Source: Eledone cirrhosa (Eukaryota). From it: a stretch of DNA of 64,000 bases. Positions within the stretch are counted from its first letter, which is position 1; every line of letters begins with the position of its first letter. Made by a program: the position numbers and the translations under genes. The stretch spans positions 267,468,001 through 267,532,000 of the forward strand of contig OZ024741.1 in the NCBI GenBank assembly GCA_964016885.1, read 5' to 3'. Below are positions 17,735 to 31,042 of this stretch, piece by piece. A model generated the notes under the pieces. It did not search any database. It was given only the letters and a program-made list of their open reading frames with translations, and was not told the origin of the DNA.

Positions 17735-17766
<32 letters not shown>

Positions 17767-17913
17767 TATATATTTAAAAGTTAAACAAGGTTCAATGAAT
17801 ACATCAAAGAATGAGTGTTACAATAGATTGGAAGCACTCAACAGAAAAAGGTTTTCGAGAGTTATTAATATTAATTCAAAATATTAACAAAATAGATATC
17901 TTGTGATCAATTA

Positions 17914-17980
17914 TATTTTATTATACATATTTCAGAAGTACTGAGTTAAGTTCAACAGTACATCCTCATCAGATAAAATA
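17914..17980 (-). ncRNA. Type-I hammerhead in a diverged pLTR fragment (about 17770-17990)
   Basis: UAUUUUAU-CUGAUGA-GGAUGUACUG..CAGUACUUCU-GAAA-U AUGU A-UA^AUAAAAUA, with a perfect 8-bp stem I. Confidence 0.75.
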
Positions 17981-18026
17981 AGATGATGCATGACATACCC
18001 TGACATAGTAGATGGTTAAGATTATA

Positions 18027-18064
<38 letters not shown>

Positions 18065-18342
18065 CATATAAGATGTACCTTTACCGTCTAACCCATGCTA
18101 GCGTGGAAAATGGACGTTAAACGAAGATGATGATGATGATGATGATGATGATATATATACACATATGTATATATATATATATATACAAAAATATAAGTAT
18201 GTATACGTACATACATATATGTATACAAACGTACAGTAGTATGTATATATGTACGTCTACATACTTATATTTAAGTATCAGCCGTACTAAGAGTGAGAAA
18301 TGAAATTTCATTTTTTCCATATATATATACACACATATATAT

Positions 18343-18391
<49 letters not shown>

Positions 18392-18479
18392 CGTAGAGAA
18401 ATATATATAAAGAACAAACTCGATACTTAATTACTCCATATATACACACACACATATATATATATATATATACACACAC

Positions 18480-18521
<42 letters not shown>

Positions 18522-18547
18522 GCACATATATATATACATATATATAT

Positions 18548-19908
18548 ATGGGAACTCCTATATGCACATGATCTAACGCTCATAGCTGAATCAATGGCTG
18601 AGCTAGAGAAGAAATTCCAAACATGGAAGCACGGCCTAGAATCAAAAGGCCTTAAAATTAACCTGGCTAAGACTAAAGTTCTAGTTTGTAAGAAAGAAAA
18701 TAAGGCGGCGGTCCCCTCCGGGAAGTGGCCATGCGCAGAGTGTAGGAAAGGCGTAGGTAGAAATTCCATTTTGTGTCCCAAATGCAAAGTTTGGGTGCAT
18801 AAAAGATGTAGTGGGATCACAGGTAAGCTAACTAAGAACATAGATTTTACATGTGGCCGGTGTTCTGGGGAAATAAGTAGCAGCAAGTGCCCACAAAATA
18901 CTAGCTCTTTCAACTGCGCAGAGGGTTCTATAGAAATAGTGGACAGCTTCCGTTACCTGGGTGACAAAATCAGCAGTGGGGGAGGGTGCTCTGAAAGTAC
19001 AGTAGCTAGAGTCAGAACTGGGTGGAAAAAGTTCAGAGAGCTTATACCACTATTAGCCGCTAAAGGGTTCTCCCTAAAAATGAAAGGAAGGCTGTACGAT
19101 GCCTGCATACGAACAGCAATGTTGCATGGCAGTGAGACCTGGGCATTGTGTGCAGAGGATATACGCAGACTAGAGAGAAACGAAGCTTGCATGCTCCGCT
19201 GGATGTGTAATAGTAATATACGTGAACGACAAAGCATAAACGAACTAAGGAAAAAATTAGAAATAAGAGGGATCAGATGTTGTTTACTAGAGAGAAGGCT
19301 ACGTTGGTATGGTCACGTGATGCGCATGAAGGACGATAGCTATATAACAAAGTGCAGGGCAATAAAGATAGACGGTAGCCACGGAATAGGCAGACCCAGA
19401 AAAACCTGGGACGAGCTGATAAACTCCGACCTCACACACTTACACCTCACCAAGACAATGTCACTGGACCGAGACCTTTGGCGGTACTCAGTAATAGAGA
19501 AGACCCGCCTTACCTAAATACAAAGTAAAACCTACTAAAGTCAGTAGGCATCTCTAACAAAATACACCCCCGTCACACCACCCCCACCCCATCCACACCG
19601 CCCCCTTCTATGTAAAGTTATGTTGGTGCCACACCATCCAGGCCGAAACAAATGAGATCGTGTAGGTGTCACGACAAAAAAACACACAGTCCACGCTGTA
19701 ATGTGGCCGTGTAGGCAACATGGTAAAAACCTCCCAGAACCACACTGTAAATGTGGTTGGTGTTAGGAAGGGCATCCAACTGTAGAAAACCTGCCAGACA
19801 GTCCTATGCGAGCAAGACAATCACTCTTGCCTCAAGTGGGAATACCCCCGTCCAAAACCATGCAAACGTGGAACACGGACGTTAAACGTTGATGATGATG
19901 ATGATGAT
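18548..19908 (+). mobile_element. 5'-truncated RTE family A copy
   Basis: ORF 18594-19517 (YADD mutated to YAHD just upstream), 3'UTR and (GAT)n tail. (TA)n on both sides. Confidence 0.95.
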
Positions 19909-20024
19909 ATATATATACACACATATATGTATACACGCACATATATATATATATATATACACATATATATATACACACGTATATATATACACATATATAT
20001 ATATACACATATTTATATATAAAA

Positions 20025-20242
20025 GGAACGATCAACTTTCGTCAAATCGGACTGAGGGAACAATGTTTCCGTTGGTCTTTCCAATTGCTAATACTATCTA
20101 TCGGTCGCAACTCCAGGTAGAAGGAGCAACGTGAAATAAAGTGTCTTGCTCAAGGACATAACGCATCGCCTGGTCCAGGAATCGAACTCACAACCTTACG
20201 ATTGCGAATCCAATTCTCTAACCACTCCGCCACACGCCTTCA
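20025..20242 (-). mobile_element. tRNA-derived CORE-type SINE
   Basis: Reverse complement reads GGCGTGTGGCGGAGTGG...GTGAGTTCGATTCC...TCCTTGAGCAAGACAC. Confidence 0.8.
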
Positions 20243-20308
20243 CATAATATATTTATATATACATATATATATATACACATATATATATATACATATATAT
20301 ATACACAC

Positions 20309-20361
<53 letters not shown>

Positions 20362-20366
<5 letters not shown>

Positions 20367-20965
20367 ACACGTGATGCGCATGAAAGTCGATAGCTGTATA
20401 ACAAAGTGCAGGGCAATAAAGATAGACGGTAGTCACGGAATAGGCAGACCTAGAAAAACCTGGGACGAGCTGATAAACTCCGACATCACACACTTACACC
20501 TCTCCAAGACAATGTCACTGGACCGAGACCTTTGGCGGTACTCAGTAACAGAGAAGACCCGCCTTACCTAAATATATAGTAAAACCTACTCCAGCCAGTA
20601 GGCATCTCTAACAAAATACACCCCGTCCCACCACCCCCACCCCACCCCATCCACACCACCCCGTTCTATGTAAAGTTATGTTGGTGCCGCGCCATCGAGG
20701 CCGAAACAAATGAGATCGTGTAGGTGTCACGACAAAAAAACACACAGTCCACGCTGTAATGTGGCCGTGTAGGCAACACGGTAAAAACCTCCCAGACCCA
20801 CACTGTAAATGTGGTTGGTGTTAGGAAGGGCATCCAACTGTAGAAAACCTGCCAGACAGTCCTATGCGAGCAAGACAATCACTCTTGCCTCAAGTAGGAC
20901 TACCCCCGTCCAAACCCATGCAAGCGTGGAACACGGACGTTAAACTTTGATGATGATGATGATGA

Positions 20966-20968
<3 letters not shown>
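20362..20968 (+). mobile_element. Short 5'-truncated RTE family A copy
   Basis: GHVMRM..EKTRLT plus 3'UTR and (GAT)n, embedded in (TA)n. Confidence 0.95.
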
Positions 20969-21026
<58 letters not shown>

Positions 21027-21159
21027 TATATATATACACACAGTTCAAAAGTAACCAATCTTAAAGAGAGAGATGGAGATAGGAGAGGAGAGATTGGTGA
21101 ATTAGAAGCCAAAGCGTAAAGGCATGTGCTCAATGTGCAATATGCAGTGGAAAGCAGCT

Positions 21160-23600
21160 TGGTGGCTGGACCCTTTTGAGAAAGATCTATTCAACTTCGT
21201 CAGGAGCATTAAATTCAAAAAACATTATAGACACAAGAATAATTTCCTCACAAAATTAGCAACAACTATAAAAAAAATTTACATGTAAAAATTTACTATA
21301 AAAAACATTTACATGTTATGTCTGACAAAACTAAAAATCTATACACCATGACTCCTGAAACTTACAACTCTTTCCTTCTTAAGGAACTTAATAAAAACTA
21401 TAAAAAAACTATACCCTCCAGTGTAAACGCACTTAACCGAAAAGACCAGGCTTTGGTTAAGGACTTGCATCTGGATAGATTTACCCAGCCTTATGTACCA
21501 ACAACCCCAAGGTTCTCTCTCAAGGATCATAAGCCAAACTTTATAGAGAACCCATCTATTAGACTTATAAGCCCAACGACATTCGACCTGGGTCGTATCA
21601 GTAAGAACATCCTTGAGAGGATCATCCCTGGGCTACGGGATGATACCACCTACAAGTTGTGGTCCAACACTGGCCAAGTCATTAGATGGTTCTCCGATCT
21701 AAGGTCCAAGCAATCTATGAGGTTCATCCAATTTGACATTGACAGCTATTACGCTTCAATAACCCCGGAACTGCTCAACAAAGCATTAACCCTAGCCAGC
21801 ACCAACTCGGACATAACCAATAATGAGATTGACATCATACTTATGGCTAGGCAGACCATCATTGAATTCAACGGAGCACTCTGGACTAGAAAAGACAGAA
21901 CAGACAACTTTGACATCACGATGGGCTCAAGTGACTCTGCGCAAATCACCGATTTAGTTGGAATTTACCTATTACATAACATCAGAGCCGAAATCCAACC
22001 CTATTTGCAGTCCACAATTGCACTAATCGGGGCATTGATTTGCTCAAAAAACAATTACATAGATTCTTTAAAAATAACAGTCTCTCTATCACCATCGAGC
22101 CGAACCATAAAGTAGTAAACTTCCTAGATGTCACTCTGGATCTTAACAATAACCTATATTACCCTTACCATAAACCAGGTGAAATACATATATTAGCCCA
22201 CACTCTAACCACCCACCGGCAGTCATCAGAGCAGTAATCAAATCTATCTCGTATAGGATCTCCATGCTATCAGCAAATGAGGAGATATTTATAAACCATG
22301 CACCATATTCTTTCTGAATCTGGTTATGAACAATCCATTTACTACATATCTAAATGCCATAACACAGCAATTCACCATAATAAACTTAACACTAGAACTA
22401 GAAATACCTTAGCATATAGCCAGATTCGCCGGAATTTTAGCAGTTACAGCACTTATACAAGGAACTTTAATGGTGGCAGCGGCCTGCTCCCCACTCCAAG
22501 TAGCAAACTAAAAATCAACCCTAGAATAGGAATGAGCAATGGGATGACAAATAACAAATGCCCAGGTAATAATAACCCTAGGAAGGCCCCTACCAACTCC
22601 ACTAGAACCCCTAGAAGGAATAGGCCTAGAAATATCACCTGGCTTAACCCCCCATTCTCATCTAATCTAGCCACTAATATCCCTAAACGCTTCTTCTCTA
22701 TCCTATCTAAACATTTCCCCCCAAACCATAGATATTACAAACTCTTTAATAAAAATAACATTAAAATTTCATTCTCCACAACACCTAACCTAGCTAGCCA
22801 CATCGCATTCAGTAACCATCATAAACTAAGTCAGTATAACTCCCACAATGCGGTACCACCACCCCTATCAAATACACCACGCCACTACACCAATACTTAC
22901 TCTAGCAGCACACCTCCCCCATCTAATCCTTCTAACACTGACCAACCGCTTAGGTTAAACTACCCTACTCTCACTAACCGCAGAAGCAACTGCAACTGCC
23001 GTTACCCCAATGCATGCCCATTAAATGGACACTGCCTGACACCCAACATAGTCCATAGGTGCACGGTTAAAACTGCTTCGAATACCAGCTCCTATATCAG
23101 GTCTACCTCTAACCCTTTTAAGGTACGCTATAATGTGCACTCTTTTTCCTTCCGAGACCCTAACAACAGATGTTCGACATCTCTAGCTAGGCTCATTAAA
23201 AACCTTAAATTAACCAACATTGAACACTCACTTACATAGGATATCTTAGCTAGGGCCCAACCGTTCAATGGACGAAGAAAATCTTATGATCTCTGTATTA
23301 CCGAAGCATATTACATAACTCTATCACGACCTCTACTGATTAAAGATAGAACGGAGGTAACTATTAGCTGTCAACATCGAAGGGCTAATTCTTTCGCCAA
23401 CAGAATATTTGACCCAACATAGTCATCTAGCCCCATTTTTACTTGTAGCTAATAAGTTAAATAGCTATAACTAACTTAGATAATTATAAATTACCTCCAT
23501 AAGTTACCTACATTGTCTCTCAATTAAAAAATTAAAAAATTAGCACTTAACTATAAACTACATACAATTTCTAATCTCTCGAGGAGTTACTTCCCCTGAA
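21160..23600 (+). pseudogene. Penelope-like element (second family), disrupted RT plus GIY-YIG
   Basis: LKDHKPNF..RLISP, FIQFDIDSYY, DITMGSSDSAQITDLVG, VNFLDVTLDL, WLNPPFS, CNC..CPLNGHC..SYIRST..FKVRYNVH. The YxDD region is deleted. Boundaries are approximate. Confidence 0.85.
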
Positions 23601-23864
23601 ACCACCCTCTAATTAGTAAGGTAAATATGTCCATTGGTGGCCATCTTGTTACCCATAGGCAGATCTCACACAATGCAGCCTCGACAGAAGAATACTGCTT
23701 GATTATGGCAGACAATTGCTACACCCAGGACACCATAGTGAAATATGGAACATTACATTATCAAACATTCTTTCCTTATTTTAATTTATATTCCTTTGAA
23801 GTTCCAATGAGCCGCTCTATCTTTAAATATGTTAATTATTTTCAACTGAACCAGATCAATAATG

Positions 23865-25070
23865 ATATATAGTCATTTGATCCAGAAATATTATATGGAG
23901 TAGTGAAACAATTGTAAACGGACATTATTTGGATTGGCAGTATCGGTAGAGAGTCGGACACCATGCTTTGAAGCATAGAGTTACGCCCCTTTATGATCTA
24001 AGTTCAAATCCCGCCGAGGTTAACTTTGCCTTTCATCCTTACGGGGTCGATAAAATAAAGTACCAGTAATGTACTGAGTAATTGCTGGCCTTGTGCCTAA
24101 AAATAGAAACAATTATTATTATTAATATTATTATTATTATTCTCTACATTCCTTACATCATACTAAATTATGTTGACAATCTTTTAGTAATGTCTTCCTT
24201 GTAAAATTTGTGGTCTTGTTTTGCTTAACTAATGAATATATATATATATATATATCGAAAGGTTGTGAGTTCAATTCTCAGACCGGGTGATGTGTTGTTT
24301 CCTTGCGCAAGACACTTTATTTCACATTGCTCCAGTTTACTCAGCTGTAGAAATGAGATGAGAGAGACTGGGGTCCCTATCATTCTACTGCAAAGTGGTC
24401 GTGGAGGTGTCACGGCAAAAATGCACCTAGCACTCACTGTAAATGAGGTTGGTGTTAGGAAGGGCATCCAGCTGTAGAAATCAAGCCAGAATCAGTTCCC
24501 GTCCCACCCTTGCAAGCAGGGAGAAGTGGACGTAAAATGATGATGATGATGATGATGATGATGATATATATATATATATATATCATCATCATCATCATCA
24601 TTTTACGTCCGCTTTTCCATGCTTGCAAGGGTGGGACGGGAACTGATTCTGGCTTGATTTCTACAGCTGGATGCCCTTCCTAACACCAACCTCATTTACA
24701 GTGAGTGCTGGGTGCTTTTTTGCTGTGACACCTCCACGACCACTTTGCAGTGGAATGATAGGGACCCCAGTCTCTATCATCTCATTTCTACAGCTGAGTA
24801 AACTGGAGCAATGTGAAATAAAGTGTCTTGCTCAAGGAAACAACACATCACCCGGTCTGAGAATTGAACTCACAACCTTTTGATATATATATATATATAT
24901 TCATTAGTTAAGCAAAACAAGACCACGAATTTCATAAGGAAGACATTATTAAAAGATTGTCAACATAATTTAGTATGATGTAAGGAATGTAGAGAATAAT
25001 AATAATAATAATGTCCGTTTACAATTGTTTCGCTACTCCATATAATATTTCTGGATCAACTGACTATATA
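23865..25070. repeat. Long inverted duplication centred on (TA)n
   Basis: Arms are about 23865-24565 and 24583-25070. Each contains a head-truncated SINE plus flanking DNA; the left arm is interrupted by another SINE. Confidence 0.85.
23943..24115 (+). mobile_element. SINE (family with TTTGCCTTTCATCC..GGTCGATAAAATAAAGTACCAG)
   Basis: Homologous to 34880-34982, 42965-43260, 61310-61476 and 63660-63817. B-box-like GTTCAAATCC and an (ATT)n tail. Confidence 0.75.
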
Positions 25071-25129
25071 TGTTAGCGTGGAAAATGGACATTAAACGAA
25101 GAAGATGATGATATATATTTTTATGACCA

Positions 25130-28100
25130 TACTGTAAAATGGAGGGGTAGAGAGGGCCCATAAGTCCAGTAAGACATCCTCTCTAGTGCTGGTGGCACAA
25201 ATAAAAGCACCCAGTCCATGCCATAAAGTGGTGCTGGTGTTAGGAAGGGCATCCAACCAGTGTATCAATGCCAAAACGATTATAAGCACAGCAACAAGTA
25301 TATAGGAACAACAAAAATATGAAGATGTCGCATCTCAGAGTTGCAACACTTAATGTTGGCACTCTCTCAGGTAGATCTGCTGAAATAGTGGAGATGCTGG
25401 AGAGAAGACATGTGGATGTGTGCTGCGTGCAAGAGGTGAGATGGAGAGGTGCCTCTGCGAGACTAGTTGAAGGCAAACATCTTAGCTATAAGCTTTTCTG
25501 GGTAGGTAAGGATGATGGGTTAGGGGGAGTAGGCATTTTCCTGGCTGAGAGATGGATCAATAAGACAATAGAGGTAGTTCGAGTTAGTAATTGAATAATT
25601 AAGCTTAGATTAGTTGTAGGCAGGAGACTACTGACAATCATCTCTGCCTATGCTCCCCAAGCAGGCCTAGGTAAAGAACAGAAAGACTGCTTTTACGAGC
25701 AAGTTTTACAAACAGCTGCAATGACAGAGGACGGAGACATTGTTATGCTAGCAGGGGACTTCAATGGTCATGTTGGACAGCTCCAGGATGGTTACATTGG
25801 GGTACATGGTGGGCACGGTTACGGTTCAAGAAATGAAGAAGGAGTGCGACTTCTTGAATTTTGTGATGCAAGTACACTGACTATTTGCAACACTAACTTC
25901 CAGAAACCTGTCAACCACCTAATAACCTACAAATCAGGTGAGCACATAAGCCAGATTGACTTCTTACTAGTTAGGCAGCGGGACAGGCAGATGGTGTCAA
26001 ATACCAAAGCATACCCTGGGGAAGAATGTACCCCACAGTATAGGTTAGTTGTTATTGACATCTCAGTAAGCAAGAGATGGAATGAGACACAGGAAAGTGT
26101 GCAGAAGAAAGGTCTGGAAGCTAAAACACCTTTCACTAAAATACAAATTTAGGAAAGCCCTTCAAGATGTGTATGACGAAAAAGAAGACGATTTAGAGAC
26201 GTATGACATAGATAATAACTGGAATTTCTTACATGACAACTTACTGCAGGCTCTTGATGAAACTTGTGGCTGGAGCAGAGCTCCAACCAGACAGAGAGTG
26301 ACCTGGTGGTGGAACTGCACAGTAGATAAGGCCATTAAAGACAAAAAACTAGCATGGAAGGCTTGGAAAAACGGTGGGAGTAGAGAAGGATATACAGCCG
26401 CTAAGAGAGAAGCTAGACATCAGGTGTACTTAGCACACAGGGAGGCTGAGAGTAGGAGGTTTGCCAATGTTCTGCAACGGGTAGGTCAGAGGCATGCAAT
26501 GTTCCACATTGCAAGGCAGTGTGTGAATACTAATCAGGATGTTGTTGGAGATAAATGTGTCTGGAATGATGCCGGTGTACTTAGTGTCACGAATGATCAT
26601 AAAAAGGAGGCCTGGAAATGTCATTATGAGAGACTGATGAATGTGGAGAATGAATGGGAGAGAGAGAAATTACCCTTAGTAGATCTGACAGAGGGACCAG
26701 CTATTGAGATTGACGAATATAGGGTCCAAGAGGCAATTAAGGAAATGAAAAATGGTAAGGCTGCTGGACCGTCGGGAATAGTTGCTGAGATGCTGAAGGC
26801 ATCAGAGGACGTAGGCACTAAACTGGTTGCCCGCATCATCAATCAGGCTATATATGGTGGTGCCATACCCAAAGACTGGTGCAGCAGTATTCTCATAAAT
26901 TGCTACAAAGGTAAAGGGGATGCTCTGGAGAGGAGCAATTATAGAACTATGAAACTGATGGATCAGGTTATGAAAGTGACAGAAAGGATATTAGCACAAC
27001 TAATTAGAGAAAGGGTCAAACTAGATGAGATGCAGTTTGGTTTTGTGCCTGGGAAAAGTACAACAGATGCCCTCTTCTTGGTGAGAGGTTCTTAGAGAAG
27101 AATAAGACACTATACCTAGCCTTTGTTGACCTAGAGAAGGCCTTTGATAGGGTACCCCGATCTGTCATCTGGTGGTCCCTAAGGTCCCTAGGTGTTGAGG
27201 AATGGCCCGTGAGGACAGTGCAAACTTAGTACAGAGGTGCTGTCAGTAAAGTCAGGCTAGCAATGGTGTTTAGTGAGGAATTCCAGATACAAGTAGGAGT
27301 ACATCAAGGTTCGGTCCTCAGCTCGCTCTTGTTCATTATAGTCCTCCAAGCCATAACATAGGAGTTTATGACTGGCTGTCCATGGGAACTTCTCTATGCT
27401 GACGATCTGGTTCTTATAGCAGAATCAGTAGAGGAGCGAGAGAATAAATTCTGCCTATGGAAACAGCAGTTGGAAGCAAGAGGACTGAGAGTGAACCTAG
27501 CTAAGACAAAAGTGTTGATGAGTAGAAAAGAGGACAAAACTCTGATTCCGTCAGGGAAATGGCCATGTTCGATATGCAGAAAAGGAACTGGCATAAATTC
27601 TATAAAATGCACACAATGCAGATCCTGGGTACGCAAGTGATATAGTGGGATAGCAAGCAAACTAACAGGTAGGGAGAAATACGTATGCAGTAGATGTACA
27701 GGGAAATTAGACAGTAGAAGTCGCATTGATAAACACATTTTTCAAATGTAGGCTGGTGCTATAGAAGTGGTGGATAGCTTCCGGTACCTAGGAGATCAGA
27801 TTAGCATGGGGGGGGGGGGGTCCGAGGCCATAGTATCTAGAATAAAGACGGGTTGGAAGAAGTTTAGGGAGCTGCTTCCTCTACTGACGTAGAAGAGTTT
27901 CTCCCTGCTTACAAAAGGCCAGTTATATGATGCCTGTGTGAGGAGCACCATGCTGCATGGTAGTGAGACATGGGCAGCAACTGCTGAGAATATGCAACGG
28001 CTGGAGAGAAATGAGACAAGCATCCTCCATTGGATGTGCAATGTCAATATGCGTGAATAACCCAGCATGAATGTGTTGAGAGAGAAACTGTGTCTGAGAG

Positions 28101-28390
28101 GGATAGAATGTAGTGTGCAAGAGAGGAGACTGAGGTGGTATGGACATGTGATGCGCATGGAGGATGACCGATGGGTGAAGAAGTGCCAGGAAATGCCAGT
28201 TGAAGGAAGACGTGGTAGAGGTAGACCACGAAAAACATGGGCGGAGGTGGTGAGAACAGACCTCAGATCGCTGAAGCTCACGGTGGAGATGACGAAGGAC
28301 CGTGACAAGTGGAGAGATGCAGTGCTGAATAAGACCCGTCCCACCCTTGCAAGCAGGGAAAAGCGGACGTAAAATGATGACGATGATGAT
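25130..28390 (+). pseudogene. Near full-length degenerate RTE LINE (family B)
   Basis: LRVATLNVGTL, AGDFNGH, WWWN, QFGF, LLYADD, PHD-like Cys cluster, RLRWYGHVMR, with multiple stops and frameshifts. The ORF ends almost at the (GAT)n tail. Confidence 0.92.
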
Positions 28391-28399
28391 ACAAATAGA

Positions 28400-28826
28400 A
28401 TTTTACTCTACAACTTCATATATACCATAAGCGTGGTTTTGTCTTTGTGTGTAATTGTTCTCATCGCTCCACATAATGACGTATTATCTTCGATTTTTTC
28501 TGTTCATTGCCATGGAACATCTCCACGAATCACCTAAATAGAATATTAGTCTACGACTTCATTTATACCATAAACGTGGTTTTGTCTTTGCGTGTAATTG
28601 TTCCCACCGCTCCAAATAATGACGTTATATCTTCACTTTTTTTCCGTTCATTGCCATGGAATGTCTCTACGAACCAAAGTATCATCTTCCTCTCTTCCTT
28701 CGGTCGCAATGTTTTTCAAAATATTTACTTCTTCCACAGATTGATTTTTTTTAGTTTCAGAAGATCCCATTAAGGGTGAAAGCAGCGATTCTTTGCTTAA
28801 ACTTTAATCTGTTATTTTAATAAATT
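28400..28826 (+). repeat. Copy of the CAGAAGA-hammerhead repeat family (fold at 28753-28803)
   Basis: Reverse-complement homologue of 1268-1700. Confidence 0.75.
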
Positions 28827-28838
28827 AATATATATATA

Positions 28839-29171
28839 TGGAGGCACATGGCTTAGTGGTTAGAGCATTGGCCTTGCAATCAAGGGGTTGTGAGTTCAAT
28901 TCTCAGACCGGGTGATGTGTTGTTTCCTTGAGCAAGACACTTTATTTCACATTGCTCCAGTTTACTCAGCTGTAGAAATGAGATGATAGGGACTGGGGTC
29001 CATATTCCACTGCAAAGTGGTCGTGGAGGTGCCACAGCAAAAAAGCACCCTGCACTTACTGTAAAAATGAGGTTGGTGTTAGGAAGGGCATCCAGCTGTA
29101 GAAATCAAGCCAGAATCAGGTCCCGTCCCACCCTTGCAAGCATGGAAAAGCGGACGTAAAATGATGATGAT
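28839..29171 (+). mobile_element. Complete tRNA-CORE-RTE SINE
   Basis: A box TGGCTTAGTGG, B box GAGTTCAATTC, CORE-like CCTTGAGCAAGACAC, RTE-5'UTR-like middle block, and a tail matching the family B 3' end. Confidence 0.85.
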
Positions 29172-29172
29172 A

Positions 29173-30975
29173 TCAATGATATTAATAAATGGAAACTATA
29201 TTTATAAAACCATATTTATTCTATTAAATATATTTCAAGGGTACCAAAACTTTGGTACTTGCTCATCAGATAAAATACAAAGTTTGTTTTATAAATATTG
29301 ACATATCCAGGAAGGAGATCTTAACGGTTCAAGTTTTTCCTGGATAGTAAAAGAAAAGGGGGGAAAGAGAGGAAAAGTCAAATATTTCAAATTATTAAGA
29401 TGAATATGCAAATGAGGTTGAGGTATAGGACTGAAAAAAACGTTATTTTTAGACGCTAAGTAGATTAAAATAATTATTAGGATATATATATGTATGTGTA
29501 GGAAGAAGAAAGAGAAAGAAAGAAAAGCTTGTATTTACGTGAACTTAAAAAGAATTAACAGTTTGTAGGAATGGTGGAATATGATTCCAGAATTTAAAAA
29601 AAATATATATTTAGCTATATTATGAGTTATAATATTATATATATAATCAATTAGATTATATGAAGAATTATGGTTGTAAGTACATTTTATCTTATTATAT
29701 TGAAACAGGTTGTAAGTATATAAACATCTATATAGATTAATAAGTGTGCAAGTATAAGTATTATTGGTGATTTTATAGAAATAAAACACACGTATTAATT
29801 GTTTCCATTTCTAATATGAGTTACGAAGGATGTTGATTTTACATTTTACATAAATATTTAAGAAAAAGACATCGTTCAAATTGTAAGAGAAGAACAATTT
29901 GTAGATTCAAAAATGTTCATCCAACATTGAAAATGTTTTCAGAACATTGTTAATTTAATGAAATTATATAATTTATCATACAAGTTATTATGTCTATGTT
30001 TGCTCAATTGTAAAGGAAAAGATAACTCCAATATTATTTGCTAACCATTAAATTTAATGAATGATTTTCTTTGAAAGTATGTAGAGAAAATTATATATTA
30101 TTTTGTGTGAGATTATAAGGTATTTTATATTACATGTTTTTCAAGGATGAGAATTTTTATTACATATTATCTACGTCGAAAGATGTGTGAAAAGTTTGAA
30201 GATTAAAGAGAGGAAAAATGTATTATTAGATAAGTCAAGAGTGCATTTAGAAGAACTATCGTAAAGAGGATATCTTTCAGAATGTCAATTAAAAAGTATC
30301 AATCTAAAATATATATATATATATATAAATCTAAAAAATAGATTAAGAAGAGTATCATTAGGAAAAGAATATCAATTGGTAAAAATACTAAATTTAAGAA
30401 GGAAGATCATTTAAAAAATTAAAATTTTTAAAAGAAAACCTCAGTAAATAATAGGATCATTTTAAAGGTGTATAAGATGTAGTCAAGTGTAATGAATATT
30501 ATAGATTAAAAATACTTCAGAAAGTGAATTTTTGGTGATGTCTGCAGGAACTAAATAATTCTGTTTTTAAATTAATAGAGTTTTGACAGTTAATTATATA
30601 AAACATTTCTTCGATACACAAATGACAGATTCTTGAGAAAGTCATATTTCGGTATGCAGGTGCTTTCTAAATCGTTCCCCAAGATATTGAATAGTCTATA
30701 TTGTTGTCCTTTAAATTCCAAATTAGATGTGAAAGTGAAGTGGAAGATTTTTTATCGAACCTATTAAATGTATGTTTGTGGTTGTACCAGCGTTCTTTGA
30801 ATTTTGTAGAAGTGGCACCTATATAGTTAAATATTTTGTCTCTAGTTTTTACTCTGCATTTATAAATTAAGTTTTTGTCTAAGCAATTGTTTTGTAATCA
30901 AACTGCCCTTTACAAAACAATTGCTTAGACAAAAACTTAATTTATAAATGCACAGTAAAAACTAGACACAAAATA
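29173..30975 (-). mobile_element. 5'-truncated Penelope-like element: pLTR plus GIY-YIG remnant, with fold-back at its 5' end
   Basis: pLTR homologous to 13666-13940. GIY-YIG remnant at about 30500-30898 (YIGATST..FK.RWYNH). 30909-30975 is an inverted copy of about 30833-30898. Confidence 0.8.
29217..29277 (-). ncRNA. Minimal hammerhead in PLE pLTR
   Basis: CUGAUGA-GCAA GUACCAAA GU UUUGGUAC CCUU-GAAA. Stem I is conserved; stem III has a mismatch. Confidence 0.6.
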
Positions 30976-31042
30976 ATACTTAATTTATAAATAAAACTTA
31001 GTGGTAGAGCACTCAGTCCATGGGACGAGTTTGGTAGAAGTA

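Larger units (their letters stand above)
13666..17740 (-). mobile_element. Penelope-like element with pseudo-LTRs
   Basis: Direct repeat 13666-13940 / 17421-17700 flanks a degenerate RT plus GIY-YIG ORF. A short inverted segment 17697-17740 copies 17334-17377. Confidence 0.85.

Noticed and set aside
23570-23620. Hammerhead at the 3' end of the + strand PLE (TCGAGGA..GAAACC)
   Set aside because: The core is broken and stems II and III cannot be formed convincingly.
28839-28912. tRNA gene
   Set aside because: A and B boxes are present, but the sequence continues into CORE and LINE-derived body with no clean acceptor stem. It is a SINE head.
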